A stretch of DNA of 63,529 nucleotides, counting the filler, from Candidatus Zapsychrus exili (lineage in GTDB: Bacteria; Omnitrophota; Gorgyraeia; Zapsychrales; Zapsychraceae): the NCBI GenBank assembly GCA_030765585.1. It is 5 parts of 5 records of this genome, joined end to end, with 100 filler letters (N's around TTAATTAATTAA, not from the genome) between each part and the next. Parts side by side here need not be neighbours in the genome. Positions count along the whole stretch, not along the records: positions 1 to 12,997 come from JAVCCJ010000010.1; positions 13,098 to 23,531 come from JAVCCJ010000076.1; 3 more parts are not named here. One strand, written 5' to 3'. A model generated the notes under the pieces. That model saw nothing but the letters and a program-made list of their open reading frames with translations. It made no database searches and had not been told where the DNA came from. The position numbers were made by a program, and so were the translations under genes. Position 1 is the stretch's first letter, and each line of letters begins with the position of its first letter. Shown one piece after another: positions 11,835-21,703 of this stretch.

Positions 11835-12699
11835 TTATTTTTCGCAATATCCTGGTCCACATGCTCCTTGTAAGCAATATTTTGCTGGGCATCCGATTGC
11901 CTTAGCAAAACCAGTGCTACATTCACAACGACCGTTTATTATAGACATTCCTGTGGGATCCGGGCAATCACATGCTGTAATGTCACCACTATATATAACA
12001 ATAAATGTATCAGCACACTCTATTTCGCACTCGCCTCCCGTACAAGCATCTTTGTTAACATAAGTATAATTTGTACTGCTTGTTGGTGTAGATCCAGCAC
12101 ACGCAGCTCCATATCCTGGAGCATTATCTGGCCAGCCATTAGGCGCACCTGTACATTCGTATAAACATTCAGGAACATCTGGGTCACAGTCATAATTTTC
12201 ATCTGTAGGTGTAGGATAAGGTTCAAGCACGCCACAAAATCTTGGATTAGATCTTAATTCTCCATATCCACAAGGGTCTTGACCGCAATTAATTGCAAGA
12301 GAGTTTGCAGAGTAATCCCATTCGAAACCATCAGGCGGATCGCAGCATTCATCATCAAGCACACATTCAGTTGGAGGTGGGGTAATATTTTCGCAATTAG
12401 CGCCTTCGTATTTAAAAATCTTTTTCTTTTGAGTCATAGCGCATGCGCCAGTACCACATTCTTCAAAAAGTTATAGCTAAATCGCAACCTGGTATATCCG
12501 GAATAGTTTCAGATTCTATTAAAGGATCATTAAATGAGTCTCTTACAGAATCTTCCCAACCTTTTATATTGGCGTTCCAGGATCTAATAACATAAGGACC
12601 CATAACAAGAACACCTATAGTTGCTAGGATAATAAGAGTAGTAAATTCTATTGATTGTTGACCTGCAGATTTTTTTTCTTTGAAGAAGGGAAATTGCAT
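11835..12699 (-). CDS. Shorter paralogous Cys-rich pilin-like protein; frameshift in a T5 run near 12465
   Basis: KKSAGQQSIEFTTLIILA N-terminus (12463-12699) joins ORF 11835-12437 by removing one T, giving EECGTGACAMTQK, colinear with the neighbour. Confidence 0.75.
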
Positions 12700-12805
12700 T
12701 CTAAATACTCCTTATAATAAAGGATAACATATTAATATTAATAATACAAAAAGCTAGAAAATGCTTTTTAAATCTATTCTTTATTAAGAGTTGTTTTTAA
12801 TAAAG

Positions 12806-12997
12806 TTACCAGGTTATACAAGAAGCAGTGCAAATAGCTCTGGATTTACCGCTACTATCTGCGTTTGCTCTTAGAAGCCAAGTCCCAGAATTAGCGTTTC
12901 TCCAAAGAACGCATTCTGCCCACTTTTTCACCCCAAGGCCTCTTTTGTAATCGTGTGTTAACGCGCAAAATCCATTGCTACTAGATATGCCTGTATC
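12806..12997 (-). CDS. 3' end of a gene cut by the contig break; Cys-patterned domain resembling PilV-type pilus-tip adhesin C-termini
   Basis: Open frame not in the ORF track: DTGISSSNGFCALTHDYKRGLGVKKWAECVLWRNANSGTWLLRANADSSGKSRAICTASCITW*. Confidence 0.5.
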   Translation of the reverse strand, partial: DTGISSSNGFCALTHDYKRGLGVKKWAECVLWRNANSGTWLLRANADSSGKSRAICTASCITW

Positions 12998-13097
12998 NNN
13001 NNNNNNNNNNNNNNNNNNNNNNNNNNNNNNNNNNNNNNNNNTTAATTAATTAANNNNNNNNNNNNNNNNNNNNNNNNNNNNNNNNNNNNNNNNNNNN
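12998..13097. other. Artificial contig linker
   Basis: N-run, TTAATTAATTAA, N-run; 100 nt. Confidence 0.99.
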
Positions 13098-13156
13098 ATA
13101 AAAAAGATAGTTAATCTTGCTATAAATAGAGCTAAGCATTAAGGAGGAGAAAGTAA

Positions 13157-13519
13157 ATGTCTAAGAAAATTTTAATTATTGATGATGACTTAACAAGTAT
13201 TAAATTACTTGAAGCAAGGCTTGTGAGCAAAGGTTTTGAGGTTTGTATGGCTATTAATGGAGAGCAGGGTATAGCGCAAGCTGAAGCACAAAATCCTGAT
13301 ATGATAATATTAGATGTTGAGATGCCTCGAATGAATGGGTATACTTTTTTGTCAAAGCTTAAAAAGATAGACAGCCTTCAGTCTATTCCTGTAATTGTTT
13401 CAACAGCTCATCAAGAAAATCAGCCTATTTTTGAGCTTAAGGGTGTTGTAGGGTATCTAATAAAGCCATTGAATTTTGATGATTTGTTTGAGAAAATAGA
13501 TAAAATTTTAACAAACTAA
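13157..13519 (+). CDS. Single-domain response regulator
   Basis: KILIIDDD, IILDVEMP, TA, KP; AGGAGG RBS. Confidence 0.92.
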   Translation: MSKKILIIDDDLTSIKLLEARLVSKGFEVCMAINGEQGIAQAEAQNPDMIILDVEMPRMNGYTFLSKLKKIDSLQSIPVIVSTAHQENQPIFELKGVVGYLIKPLNFDDLFEKIDKILTN

Positions 13520-13536
13520 TATTTTAAAGAGGAAAT

Positions 13537-14025
13537 ATGAAGAGATCAACTATTGCTTGGGTTTTAGCGTTTGTGATGATAGGTACGATAATGTTTGTTT
13601 TTAATTCCACTCCTAATAAAAATACAAAATCTATAAGTGAAATATTTCAAGATGATGATAGTCAAGTAGAGTATGAATTTATTGATATTGCTGCAGAAAA
13701 GCAAGAGGTCGTTGAGGAGATAGTTGAGGAGCGCGAAGAAGTTAATGTAAAAGAGAAAGAAATTCTTATTTTTGATGATCAAGCAAAAATTAAAGCTTCT
13801 TTTGTTATACAAGTTGCATCACTTAAAGCAAAGGTAAATGCAGAGAAAATCTCTGAGGATTTAATATCAAAAGGGTTTTCTCCTTTTATAGTGAAAAGAA
13901 ATTTAAAAGACAAAGGCGTTTGGTACAGAATTTATGTTGGAGAATTTAGTACAAAGGAAGAGGCTAAAGAACTTTTAGGAAAAATAAGATTGATTCGTAA
14001 AAATAGTTTTATAATAAAACTTTGA
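13537..14025 (+). CDS. SPOR-domain membrane protein
   Basis: N-terminal TM; FVIQVASLK..A..WYRIYVGEF..EEA. Confidence 0.85.
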   Translation: MKRSTIAWVLAFVMIGTIMFVFNSTPNKNTKSISEIFQDDDSQVEYEFIDIAAEKQEVVEEIVEEREEVNVKEKEILIFDDQAKIKASFVIQVASLKAKVNAEKISEDLISKGFSPFIVKRNLKDKGVWYRIYVGEFSTKEEAKELLGKIRLIRKNSFIIKL

Positions 14026-14055
14026 TAAAATAAACCATTAGCGGGAGGTATTGTC

Positions 14056-14664
14056 ATGAGAAGTAAAAATTTAATTGTATTTGTTTGTTTTGTTGCTGCA
14101 TTGTCTTTGCTGTTGGGATGTGCCACAAAAATAGAAAGAGTAAATACAGGAACTATTGTTGATTTTAGCGGAAAGTTTAATGATTATGATTCTTTGTCGG
14201 TTTCTAAGGAAATGGTATCTGATTGTTTGAGTCAGTCTTGGATAGAAAGTTTTCATAAAGAAAATGGTCGTAATCCTGTTGTTATCGTAGGGCATGTAAA
14301 TAATAGGAGCCATGAACATATAAACTCTCAAGTATTTACAAAATATTTAGAGCGTGAAGTAATGAATTCTGGCAAGATTGTATTTGTCGCATCGTCTGAT
14401 GAGAGAGAACAGATAAGAGATGAAAGAACTGATCAGGCTAAAGGTTTTACAGATCCTACGACAATTGCTGCTATTGGAAAAGAAAGAGGCGCCGACTATA
14501 TGCTTATCGGAAGCATTAATTCTGTAAAAGATGAGACAAAAGGAAAATATGTAATTCTTTATCAAGTAAATTTAGAACTTATTGACTTGTCTACCAATGT
14601 AAAGGCTTGGATAGGAAGCAAAGAGATAAAAAAAGTTGTAAAAAATCCTAAATATTCTTTGTAG
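14056..14664 (+). CDS. LpoB-like penicillin-binding protein activator lipoprotein
   Basis: Lipobox LLGC; NRSHEHIN, GADYMLIGSI, YQVNLELIDL. Confidence 0.8.
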   Translation: MRSKNLIVFVCFVAALSLLLGCATKIERVNTGTIVDFSGKFNDYDSLSVSKEMVSDCLSQSWIESFHKENGRNPVVIVGHVNNRSHEHINSQVFTKYLEREVMNSGKIVFVASSDEREQIRDERTDQAKGFTDPTTIAAIGKERGADYMLIGSINSVKDETKGKYVILYQVNLELIDLSTNVKAWIGSKEIKKVVKNPKYSL

Positions 14665-14714
14665 TGGTGCGATTTCTGCGCCAGTTAATCGGGTTGGGAG
14701 AACCCAGCCTCTGC
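14661..14714. repeat. Degenerate GTAG-type REP-like element supplying the upstream gene's TAG stop
   Basis: GTAGTGG..GGGTTGGGAGAACCCAGCCTCTGC; same ends as 16483-16545. Confidence 0.5.
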
Positions 14715-14720
14715 ATTATT

Positions 14721-16046
14721 ATGATTAAAAAATATTCTGCATTATTTTTGTGTCTACTGGTTACTTCAACATCTTGCTCTCCAGTTTCAACTGTAATTCA
14801 ACCTCAAATAAATGGATTGGTTATAGGCGGAAAGTTTAACTCTGCGATTAAAGTAATGGAAGACAATAAGGAAGGCTATGGCTATAAAAATCGCCTTCTT
14901 TATTATATGGATTATGGACTTGTTTTGCATTTGGTTAAGAGATATAAAGAAAGCATTATTGCGTTCGAGCGTGCAAAATCTATCTATGATGGGCTTTTTA
15001 CTGTTTCATTGTCTTCTGAAGGCTCCGCATGGCTTGTAAACGATTATTCATTGCCATATAGAGGTGAAGATTTTGAAAGAGTTATGATAAATATTTTTCA
15101 AGCTATAAATTTCGCTTGTTTGGGAGACATTGGTGAGGCATTAGTTGAGGCAAGAGATGTTGATTCAAAATTATTTATTATAAATTCTCATTATGAGAAT
15201 GGTCAAAGAAATGTTTATAAGGAAGATGCTTTTGCAAGATTCTTGATGGGAATTTTTTATGAGTCTCAGGACACTATGGAAGGTTTTAATGATGCTCTAA
15301 TATCGTATAGAAAAGCAATTGATATATATGAAGATGACTACTCTGCAAATTATGGGCTAGAAATTCCTTACATTTTAAAAGAAAATATTTTAGCTGTTTC
15401 AGAGATGATAGATGCTGATTATTATAGAAAATATAGAAATAAATTTAATAATATTGATTTTGTGAGCTTGGTTAAAAAGAAAAATAAAGCAGAGATTTAT
15501 CTGATTCATTATGTAGGTTTTTCGCCTATAAAACATCAGGTGTCTATTACAATACCGGTGCCGAATGGTTTTATAACAAAACTTGCTTTTCCAGAGTACT
15601 ATGATAGAAGTTTTTCAAAAGAGATAGGCGTGCTAAAGGCCGTATCAGATACTGGCAAAGTATTTGAAGCTAAAACTTTTGTATCGCAAGATATTGGATC
15701 AATAGCAATTAATAATCTTAAGAATAGAAAATCGCGTGTAATCGCAAAAGCAGCGCTTCGCGCAGGGTTAAAATATTTTATTGCAGAAAGCGTAGCAGGG
15801 TATTTAAAGGAGAATCATGGAGAAAATGCTTCGAAATGGTCTAAATATATAAGCAATTTATATAATATTTCTTCCGAACAAGCTGATTTGCGAAGTTGGC
15901 AAACTTTACCTTCAGAAATAAGAATAACTCGCTTAATTCTGAATTCTGGGAATTATAGACTATTCTTTGATGAGGATGATTTGGGTGAAATAGATATTAA
16001 AGAAAACGAAAAGAAGTTTATTGTTTATAGAAAAACAGGATACTGA
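14721..16046 (+). CDS. COG3014-like lipoprotein (usual LpoB-like neighbour)
   Basis: PYRGEDFE, EALVEAR, ADLRSWQTLP motifs; lipobox-like Cys. Confidence 0.8.
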   Translation: MIKKYSALFLCLLVTSTSCSPVSTVIQPQINGLVIGGKFNSAIKVMEDNKEGYGYKNRLLYYMDYGLVLHLVKRYKESIIAFERAKSIYDGLFTVSLSSEGSAWLVNDYSLPYRGEDFERVMINIFQAINFACLGDIGEALVEARDVDSKLFIINSHYENGQRNVYKEDAFARFLMGIFYESQDTMEGFNDALISYRKAIDIYEDDYSANYGLEIPYILKENILAVSEMIDADYYRKYRNKFNNIDFVSLVKKKNKAEIYLIHYVGFSPIKHQVSITIPVPNGFITKLAFPEYYDRSFSKEIGVLKAVSDTGKVFEAKTFVSQDIGSIAINNLKNRKSRVIAKAALRAGLKYFIAESVAGYLKENHGENASKWSKYISNLYNISSEQADLRSWQTLPSEIRITRLILNSGNYRLFFDEDDLGEIDIKENEKKFIVYRKTGY

Positions 16047-16180
16047 TTCCTAGATGCTAGAATCTAGCACTTTTTCTTTTTATGAACTTTTATATTGAGA
16101 ATATATCTCTTTTTGATACAATACTCCCAATAATGCATATTAAAGTTATTATAAATAAAAATAATATAAGGAGAAAATAG

Positions 16181-16477
16181 ATGAAAAGATCTATTATGTT
16201 AATATTAATTTCTATGGTTTTAATGGGATGTACAGCAACACAAAAGTCTACTACAGCAGGAACTGCTATAGGTGCTGGACTTGGCGCAATAATAGGACAT
16301 CAGTCAGGAAATAGAGATAAAGGAGCTGCAATAGGAGCAGCTGTTGGAGCTTTAGGCGGATATGCGGTTGGCGAAAATATGAAGGCTAAATTTTGCCCAA
16401 CTTGTGGTAAAGATTTTGATGAGTCAGTTCAATTTTGTCCTCTTGATGGAACCGAGTTAAAATATAAAAACAAATAA
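16181..16477 (+). CDS. Glycine-zipper lipoprotein with C-terminal zinc ribbon
   Basis: LMGC lipobox, GAGLGAIIG/GAAIGAAVGALGG, FCPTCG..FCPLDG. Confidence 0.85.
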   Translation: MKRSIMLILISMVLMGCTATQKSTTAGTAIGAGLGAIIGHQSGNRDKGAAIGAAVGALGGYAVGENMKAKFCPTCGKDFDESVQFCPLDGTELKYKNK

Positions 16478-16482
16478 ATTTT

Positions 16483-16545
16483 GTAGTGGCGATTCTATGT
16501 AATCGCCCTAATAGATTAAGGGCGATTACATAGTTTCGCCTCTAC
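16483..16545. repeat. GTAG-type REP doublet
   Basis: GTAGTGGCGATT..AATCGCCC / GGGCGATT..TCGCCTCTAC inverted pair. Confidence 0.75.
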
Positions 16546-16559
16546 ATAAGAAAATTTTT

Positions 16560-16958
16560 ATGAAAATATTAATAGTAGACGATTCCCTTCTTGACAGAAG
16601 ACTTTTAATGAAATGCATTTCAATTGTAGGGATTGATTGTGAGATTTTAGAAGCTTCTGATGGAGAGCAAGGCATAGAAGTTTTGGGCAATAACTATAAA
16701 GATATAGGTATTATTCTTTTAGATCGTCAAATGCCAAAAATGGGTGGCATTGAATTTATGCAAGCAGTTGTAAAGGTTCCTATAATAAAAGATATTCCAA
16801 TCATCATGATTACTGCTTCTGTTTCTGAAGAAGATAAAAAAATAGCTCGCGATGCTAATCCTGGTTTGGCAGGCTATGTTACAAAACCCTATAAGTCAGA
16901 TAAATTAGCTGAGCTTATAAAAGCGTTGATAAAAAAAGAAGATACTGAGAATGAGTGA
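16560..16958 (+). CDS. CheY-like response regulator
   Basis: KILIVDDS, ILLDRQMP, ITA, KP. Confidence 0.9.
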   Translation: MKILIVDDSLLDRRLLMKCISIVGIDCEILEASDGEQGIEVLGNNYKDIGIILLDRQMPKMGGIEFMQAVVKVPIIKDIPIIMITASVSEEDKKIARDANPGLAGYVTKPYKSDKLAELIKALIKKEDTENE

Positions 16959-17577
16959 TCCGATTTTACAATTTGATAAAAAAACAGATGAGCTTTATCT
17001 TCAATCTAAGCTCTTGTCAGAAGTAGTTAAAAGAGTTTTGGGGAGAGATTCTAATATAGTTTTAGATAAAGAGCCTTCAATTCGTTCGGTTAAAATTGTT
17101 GAATTTATGAAGCGTATGAGGGTAACGAGTTGGGAAAAGTTTGATAAAACTGCATACATATCGACAATAAATCTTTATCTTACTGAAAAAGATATAGAAA
17201 AAAACAGAGCAATTGGGGCTGTAATTGTATATATATTAGATGAGCACATATTAAACCTTTTTAAAAAACTTAAATATCCTATTGAAGAAGAGGAGGAGTC
17301 GTATGAGGATGCCTGCGGAACCTTATGCAATGTTATCGTAGGAAATTTTAAAGCAGCTCTTACTCAATGGGGATACAAGGATTTAGTAATGCCACATTTC
17401 TTAAGCTATAAGAACGATGTTCCAAATGGAGTCGCTTATGATTTTTCTCAAAAAGATAAGTATGAAATATCTTTTGTTATAGCTGATGAAAAAATGTTAG
17501 TTATTGATCTTACGTTGGGAAAAATCCCAAAAGATAGAAATAAAAAAGAAAACAGAGAGGATGAACAAAATGATTAA
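16951..17577 (+). CDS. Divergent CheX/CheC-like protein
   Basis: [15 protein letters not shown] resembles CheX DAxGExxNxxxG; overlaps the CheY-like gene. Confidence 0.5.
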   Translation: MSDPILQFDKKTDELYLQSKLLSEVVKRVLGRDSNIVLDKEPSIRSVKIVEFMKRMRVTSWEKFDKTAYISTINLYLTEKDIEKNRAIGAVIVYILDEHILNLFKKLKYPIEEEEESYEDACGTLCNVIVGNFKAALTQWGYKDLVMPHFLSYKNDVPNGVAYDFSQKDKYEISFVIADEKMLVIDLTLGKIPKDRNKKENREDEQND

Positions 17578-19213
17578 AGTTAGTTTAGAACAATTAGGCT
17601 TAGATAAAATAGGTATAAAAGATGCTAAAGAGATTTGTTATAACTTATCTTATGAGGAACTTTTTGAGCATGAAACAGACCCTTCTTTAGAGGGCTTTGA
17701 AAAAGGTGCGTTGACAACCTTAGATGCTATTAATGTTGACACTGGCAAGTTTACTGGTCGTTCACCAAAAGATAAATATATTGTTGAGGAAGAAACATCA
17801 AAAGATAATGTTTGGTGGGGTTCGGGAGCAGCTCTCCCAACATCAAATAACTCTGATAATAAGAAGATTAGTGAAAAAACTTGGGAGTATCTTAAAGCAA
17901 TAGCTTTAAATCAGTTAAGTGGAAAAAAGCTTTATGTTATGGATGGTTTTTGTGGTGCTAATAAAAATACAAGAATAAGTGTAAGGCTTGTTAATGAAGT
18001 TGCTTGGATGGCGCATTTTGATAAGAATATGTTTATTCGTCCAAGCGAAGAGGAATTGGAAAATTTTAAACCAGATTGGACTATTTTCAATGCTTGTAAA
18101 GCAGTATGTCCAAATCCAGAAGAGCATCATATGCGTTCAGGTACTTTTGCTGCATTTAATATTAAAGAAAGAATGACGGCAATAGGTGGAACGTGGTACG
18201 GTGGCGAAATTAAGAAGGGTATTTTTTCTATGATGAATTACTTTTTGCCGCTTCGAGGCATTGGTTCTTTTCATTGTTCGGCTAATATGGGAGAAGAAAA
18301 AGACACTGCACTTTTCTTTGGACTTTCGGGAACAGGAAAGACAACTCTTTCAGCTGATCCTAAGCGTAAGCTTATAGGAGATGATGAACATGGATGGGAT
18401 GATGAAGGTATCTTTAATTTTGAAGGCGGATGTTATGCTAAGTGTATTGATCTTTCAAAAGAAACAGAGCCCGATATTTATAATGCAATTAGAAGAGATG
18501 CATTATTGGAAAATTTAACGTTAGATGAAAAAGGTAATATAGATTTTTCATCAAGTGAAAAGACTCAAAATACTCGCGTTTCTTATCCCATTTACCATAT
18601 TGACAATATAGTCAAACCTGTATCAAAGGGAGGGCATCCTAAAAAGATAATTTTCTTAACTTGTGATGCTTATGGAATTTTACCTCCTGTTTCAAAGCTT
18701 ACTAAGGAGCAGGCAATGTATCATTATTTAAGTGGATACACTGCAAAAGTTGCTGGAACAGAACTTGGTATTGTTGAACCACAAGCAACTTTTTCAGCTT
18801 GTTTCGGTCAAGCGTTCTTATTACTACACCCTACACAATATGCAGAGATTTTAGGTAAAAAGATGGATGAACACGGAGCAATTGCATATTTAGTTAATAC
18901 TGGATGGACAGGTGGAAAATATGGAATAGGCAAACGAATGTCATTACCAGCAACAAGAAAGATTATTGATGCTATTTTAGATGGCAGCTTAGATGATGCA
19001 GAATATGAAATTATGCCAGTATTTAATTTTAATATTCCGAAAAAGGTTTCTGGCGTTGATTCAAATATATTGAATCCTCGTAATTCTTGGGAAGATAAAG
19101 AAAATTATGATAAAACTGCATCACAATTAGCAGAAATGTTCGTATCTCATTTTAAGAATTTTACAGATACAAAAGAAGGAGAGGTTCTAGTTAAAGCAGG
19201 ACCGCAAGTATAA
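17570..19213 (+). CDS. pckA: Phosphoenolpyruvate carboxykinase (ATP)
   Basis: [44 protein letters not shown]. Confidence 0.97.
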   Translation: MIKVSLEQLGLDKIGIKDAKEICYNLSYEELFEHETDPSLEGFEKGALTTLDAINVDTGKFTGRSPKDKYIVEEETSKDNVWWGSGAALPTSNNSDNKKISEKTWEYLKAIALNQLSGKKLYVMDGFCGANKNTRISVRLVNEVAWMAHFDKNMFIRPSEEELENFKPDWTIFNACKAVCPNPEEHHMRSGTFAAFNIKERMTAIGGTWYGGEIKKGIFSMMNYFLPLRGIGSFHCSANMGEEKDTALFFGLSGTGKTTLSADPKRKLIGDDEHGWDDEGIFNFEGGCYAKCIDLSKETEPDIYNAIRRDALLENLTLDEKGNIDFSSSEKTQNTRVSYPIYHIDNIVKPVSKGGHPKKIIFLTCDAYGILPPVSKLTKEQAMYHYLSGYTAKVAGTELGIVEPQATFSACFGQAFLLLHPTQYAEILGKKMDEHGAIAYLVNTGWTGGKYGIGKRMSLPATRKIIDAILDGSLDDAEYEIMPVFNFNIPKKVSGVDSNILNPRNSWEDKENYDKTASQLAEMFVSHFKNFTDTKEGEVLVKAGPQV

Positions 19214-19230
19214 ATTACGAAACATGCAAT

Positions 19231-19257
19231 GTAGGGGCGCGGAAACCGCGCCCCTAT
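19231..19257. repeat. GTAG-type REP hairpin / possible terminator after pckA
   Basis: GTAGGGGCGCGG-AAA-CCGCGCCCCTA. Confidence 0.7.
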
Positions 19258-19900
19258 GCTTTTAATAAAGGTGTTCTTTTTGAAAAAAATTATTTTTTCT
19301 TTATTCTTCATCCTAACATTCTCCACAGTATCAAATGCTCAAATAAAAGATTATTTTAAAGAAGCTAGAACGAAGGGCTCTGAGTCTGCACCTGTTCAGA
19401 TAATAGAATATATGGACTACCAATGTCCAAGTTGTGCTAAAGGTGCTAAATATTTAGAGAAAATATTTGAAGATTATCCGAATCTTGTTCGATTGGAAAT
19501 GAGATTTTTTCCTTTAAATGGTCGCAAGCACTCTCTTATAAGCGCACACTATGCTCAATGTGCTGCAAGACAGGGTAAGTTTTGGGACTTTCATCACTCA
19601 TTGGTTGATAAGCAGAAACAGTGGAGTCATCTTGTTGATGCGAGATACTTCTTTGACATCATTGCAAAAGAATTGAAAGTAAATAATTCAGATTTTGATC
19701 AATGTTTAGAAGATAAAATGATATATGACTTCTTGCTTGATATGAAGTTAAAGGGAAAAATTAAAGAAGTAAAAAGTACTCCAACATATTTTATTAATGG
19801 CAAAATGATTGTAGGATATAAAAAGCTTATTGAAGAGCTTAACGAGTTTATACCTGAATCAGAAATCTCTGAAACAAAGCAATTAGAGCCAGAAAAATGA
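19256..19900 (+). CDS. DsbA-family thiol-disulfide oxidoreductase
   Basis: IIEYMDYQCPSC, FPL, QGKFW, STPTYFING. Confidence 0.9.
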   Translation: MLLIKVFFLKKIIFSLFFILTFSTVSNAQIKDYFKEARTKGSESAPVQIIEYMDYQCPSCAKGAKYLEKIFEDYPNLVRLEMRFFPLNGRKHSLISAHYAQCAARQGKFWDFHHSLVDKQKQWSHLVDARYFFDIIAKELKVNNSDFDQCLEDKMIYDFLLDMKLKGKIKEVKSTPTYFINGKMIVGYKKLIEELNEFIPESEISETKQLEPEK

Positions 19901-21411
19901 TAAAGACTGTACAAAAAAGCTTTATTATCCTCCTAGTCTTAATAATATCTTTCCTAAATCCAATTTTAGTTTTTGGAGATGAAAATATGAAAAAACCAAA
20001 TGTTAGTGGTCAATTTTACAGTTCGAATAAAGATGAACTTAAAAATCAAATAAATCAATTTTTATCTAAGGCAGATATTGATCCCAAAGAAGAATATGTC
20101 CCTGCAATAATAGTGCCTCATGCAGGATATGTTTATTCGGGTCAAGTAGCGGCATATGGATTTAAAGCAGCAAGTAAAAATACCTATAAGACAATTGTTA
20201 TCATAGCAGCAAGTCATTATTTTCCATTTGACGGAGTTTCTATTTATAGCGAGGGGGCGTTTAGTACTCCTTTGGGTGATGTTGAGGTTGACGATGTTTT
20301 TGCAAAGGAGCTTATATTGTTAGATAATAAGTTTTCTTTTGAGTCACAAGTTTTTGAGCAAGAGCATTCATTGGAAGTTGAAATTCCCTTTGCACAAAGC
20401 ACGTTTAAAGATTTTAAGATAGTACCAATAATTATGGGTCAACCAACTTTCGATGTAGTAAACAAGTTTGCACAAGCCTTAAATAAAGTTATAGGAGACA
20501 GAGAAGATGTGCTTGTGATTGCTAGTACTGATATGTCGCATTTTCATAATGATTCTGTTGCAAGAGATATGGATAATAAAACTTTAGACGTTTTAAGGGA
20601 ATTTGATATAGAGGAATTTTGGAAAGGTTGCAAGTTAAAGACGCTCGAAATGTGCGGGTTTGTTCCTGTTACAGCGGCACTTCTTTATGCCAAACAAAAA
20701 GGTTTCAAAGATATAGAAATTCTAAAATATGCAAATTCAGGAGATATCACGCAAGATAAATCAAGAGTCGTAGGGTATACATCAGCTATTATTTACAATA
20801 AAGAGACTGTGTCTAAAAAAGCAGATTTAAATATTGCATCCCAAGAAGTGTCCATATTAAGCGAAGAACAAAAAAAGCGCCTTTTGCAGATAGCAAGAGA
20901 AACAGTGGAAGAGTATGTTAGAACAGGAAGAGTGAAAAAATTTAAAGAGATTGATAAGCGTTTGCATGAAGAAGAAGGAGCGTTTGTCACAATTCATAAA
21001 GGTGGGGTTTTAAGAGGTTGCATTGGAAATATTTTAGGTCGTGGACCATTGTATTTGACAATTCGTGATATGGCTATATCCTCGTGCTCTCGAGATTCAC
21101 GTTTTAATTCTGTAAGCATAGAAGAGTTAGATAAATTAGATGTAGAAGTTTCAGTATTATCTAAGCCAATTAGGGTAAAAAGCGTAGATGAAATAATACT
21201 AGGAAAGCATGGTGTTATTGTAAGTCGTGGGCCGTTTAATCAGGGAGTGTTTTTGCCACAAGTGGCTGATGAAACTCAATGGAGCAAGGACGAATTTTTG
21301 TCCCAACTTTGCTCTCAAAAAGCAGGTTTGTCGCGCGATTGTTGGAAAGATCCAGGAACTAGAATGGATATCTTTACAGCAGAAGTTTTCTCTGAGAATG
21401 AACTTGAATAA
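19897..21411 (+). CDS. AmmeMemoRadiSam protein B-A fusion (MEMO1 + AMMECR1 domains)
   Basis: VPHAGYVYSG, EHSLEV, ASTDMSH, VVGY; GAFVT..LRGCIG, DSRF, GVFLPQV. Confidence 0.92.
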   Translation: MIKTVQKSFIILLVLIISFLNPILVFGDENMKKPNVSGQFYSSNKDELKNQINQFLSKADIDPKEEYVPAIIVPHAGYVYSGQVAAYGFKAASKNTYKTIVIIAASHYFPFDGVSIYSEGAFSTPLGDVEVDDVFAKELILLDNKFSFESQVFEQEHSLEVEIPFAQSTFKDFKIVPIIMGQPTFDVVNKFAQALNKVIGDREDVLVIASTDMSHFHNDSVARDMDNKTLDVLREFDIEEFWKGCKLKTLEMCGFVPVTAALLYAKQKGFKDIEILKYANSGDITQDKSRVVGYTSAIIYNKETVSKKADLNIASQEVSILSEEQKKRLLQIARETVEEYVRTGRVKKFKEIDKRLHEEEGAFVTIHKGGVLRGCIGNILGRGPLYLTIRDMAISSCSRDSRFNSVSIEELDKLDVEVSVLSKPIRVKSVDEIILGKHGVIVSRGPFNQGVFLPQVADETQWSKDEFLSQLCSQKAGLSRDCWKDPGTRMDIFTAEVFSENELE

Positions 21412-21431
21412 AGAGGATAGAAGACAGAGAT

Positions 21432-21534
21432 TTAATTAGGGACAGGGTGGGTTCATAGGCAACTCCTTTTCTCTGTTATTTTAACAGATTAAAGTGTTGC
21501 ATTAGAAACTTGAACCCACCTTGTCCATAATTAA
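21432..21534. repeat. MITE-like element with 24-bp terminal inverted repeats
   Basis: TTAATTAGGGACAGGGTGGGTTCA vs TGAACCCACCTTGTCCATAATTAA (2 mismatches). Confidence 0.7.
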
Positions 21535-21703
21535 TGTACATCGGAAGTCTTTGGGGAATAAGAGGTTGAAGAAAAAAAGTAAAAAAATCCTTCCTTAAAA
21601 TAAATATTTTGTTAATATAAAAAGGTAGCACAAAAATACTACCGGACTCCAAGAAATAAATTTAAGTCTAACGTTTATTAACTCCTCCTCCAGCTGTTAA
21701 TAA

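Noticed and set aside
10368..12699. Diversity-generating retroelement TR/VR pair
   Set aside because: Differences between copies are not adenine-specific, both copies are coding, and no reverse transcriptase is present
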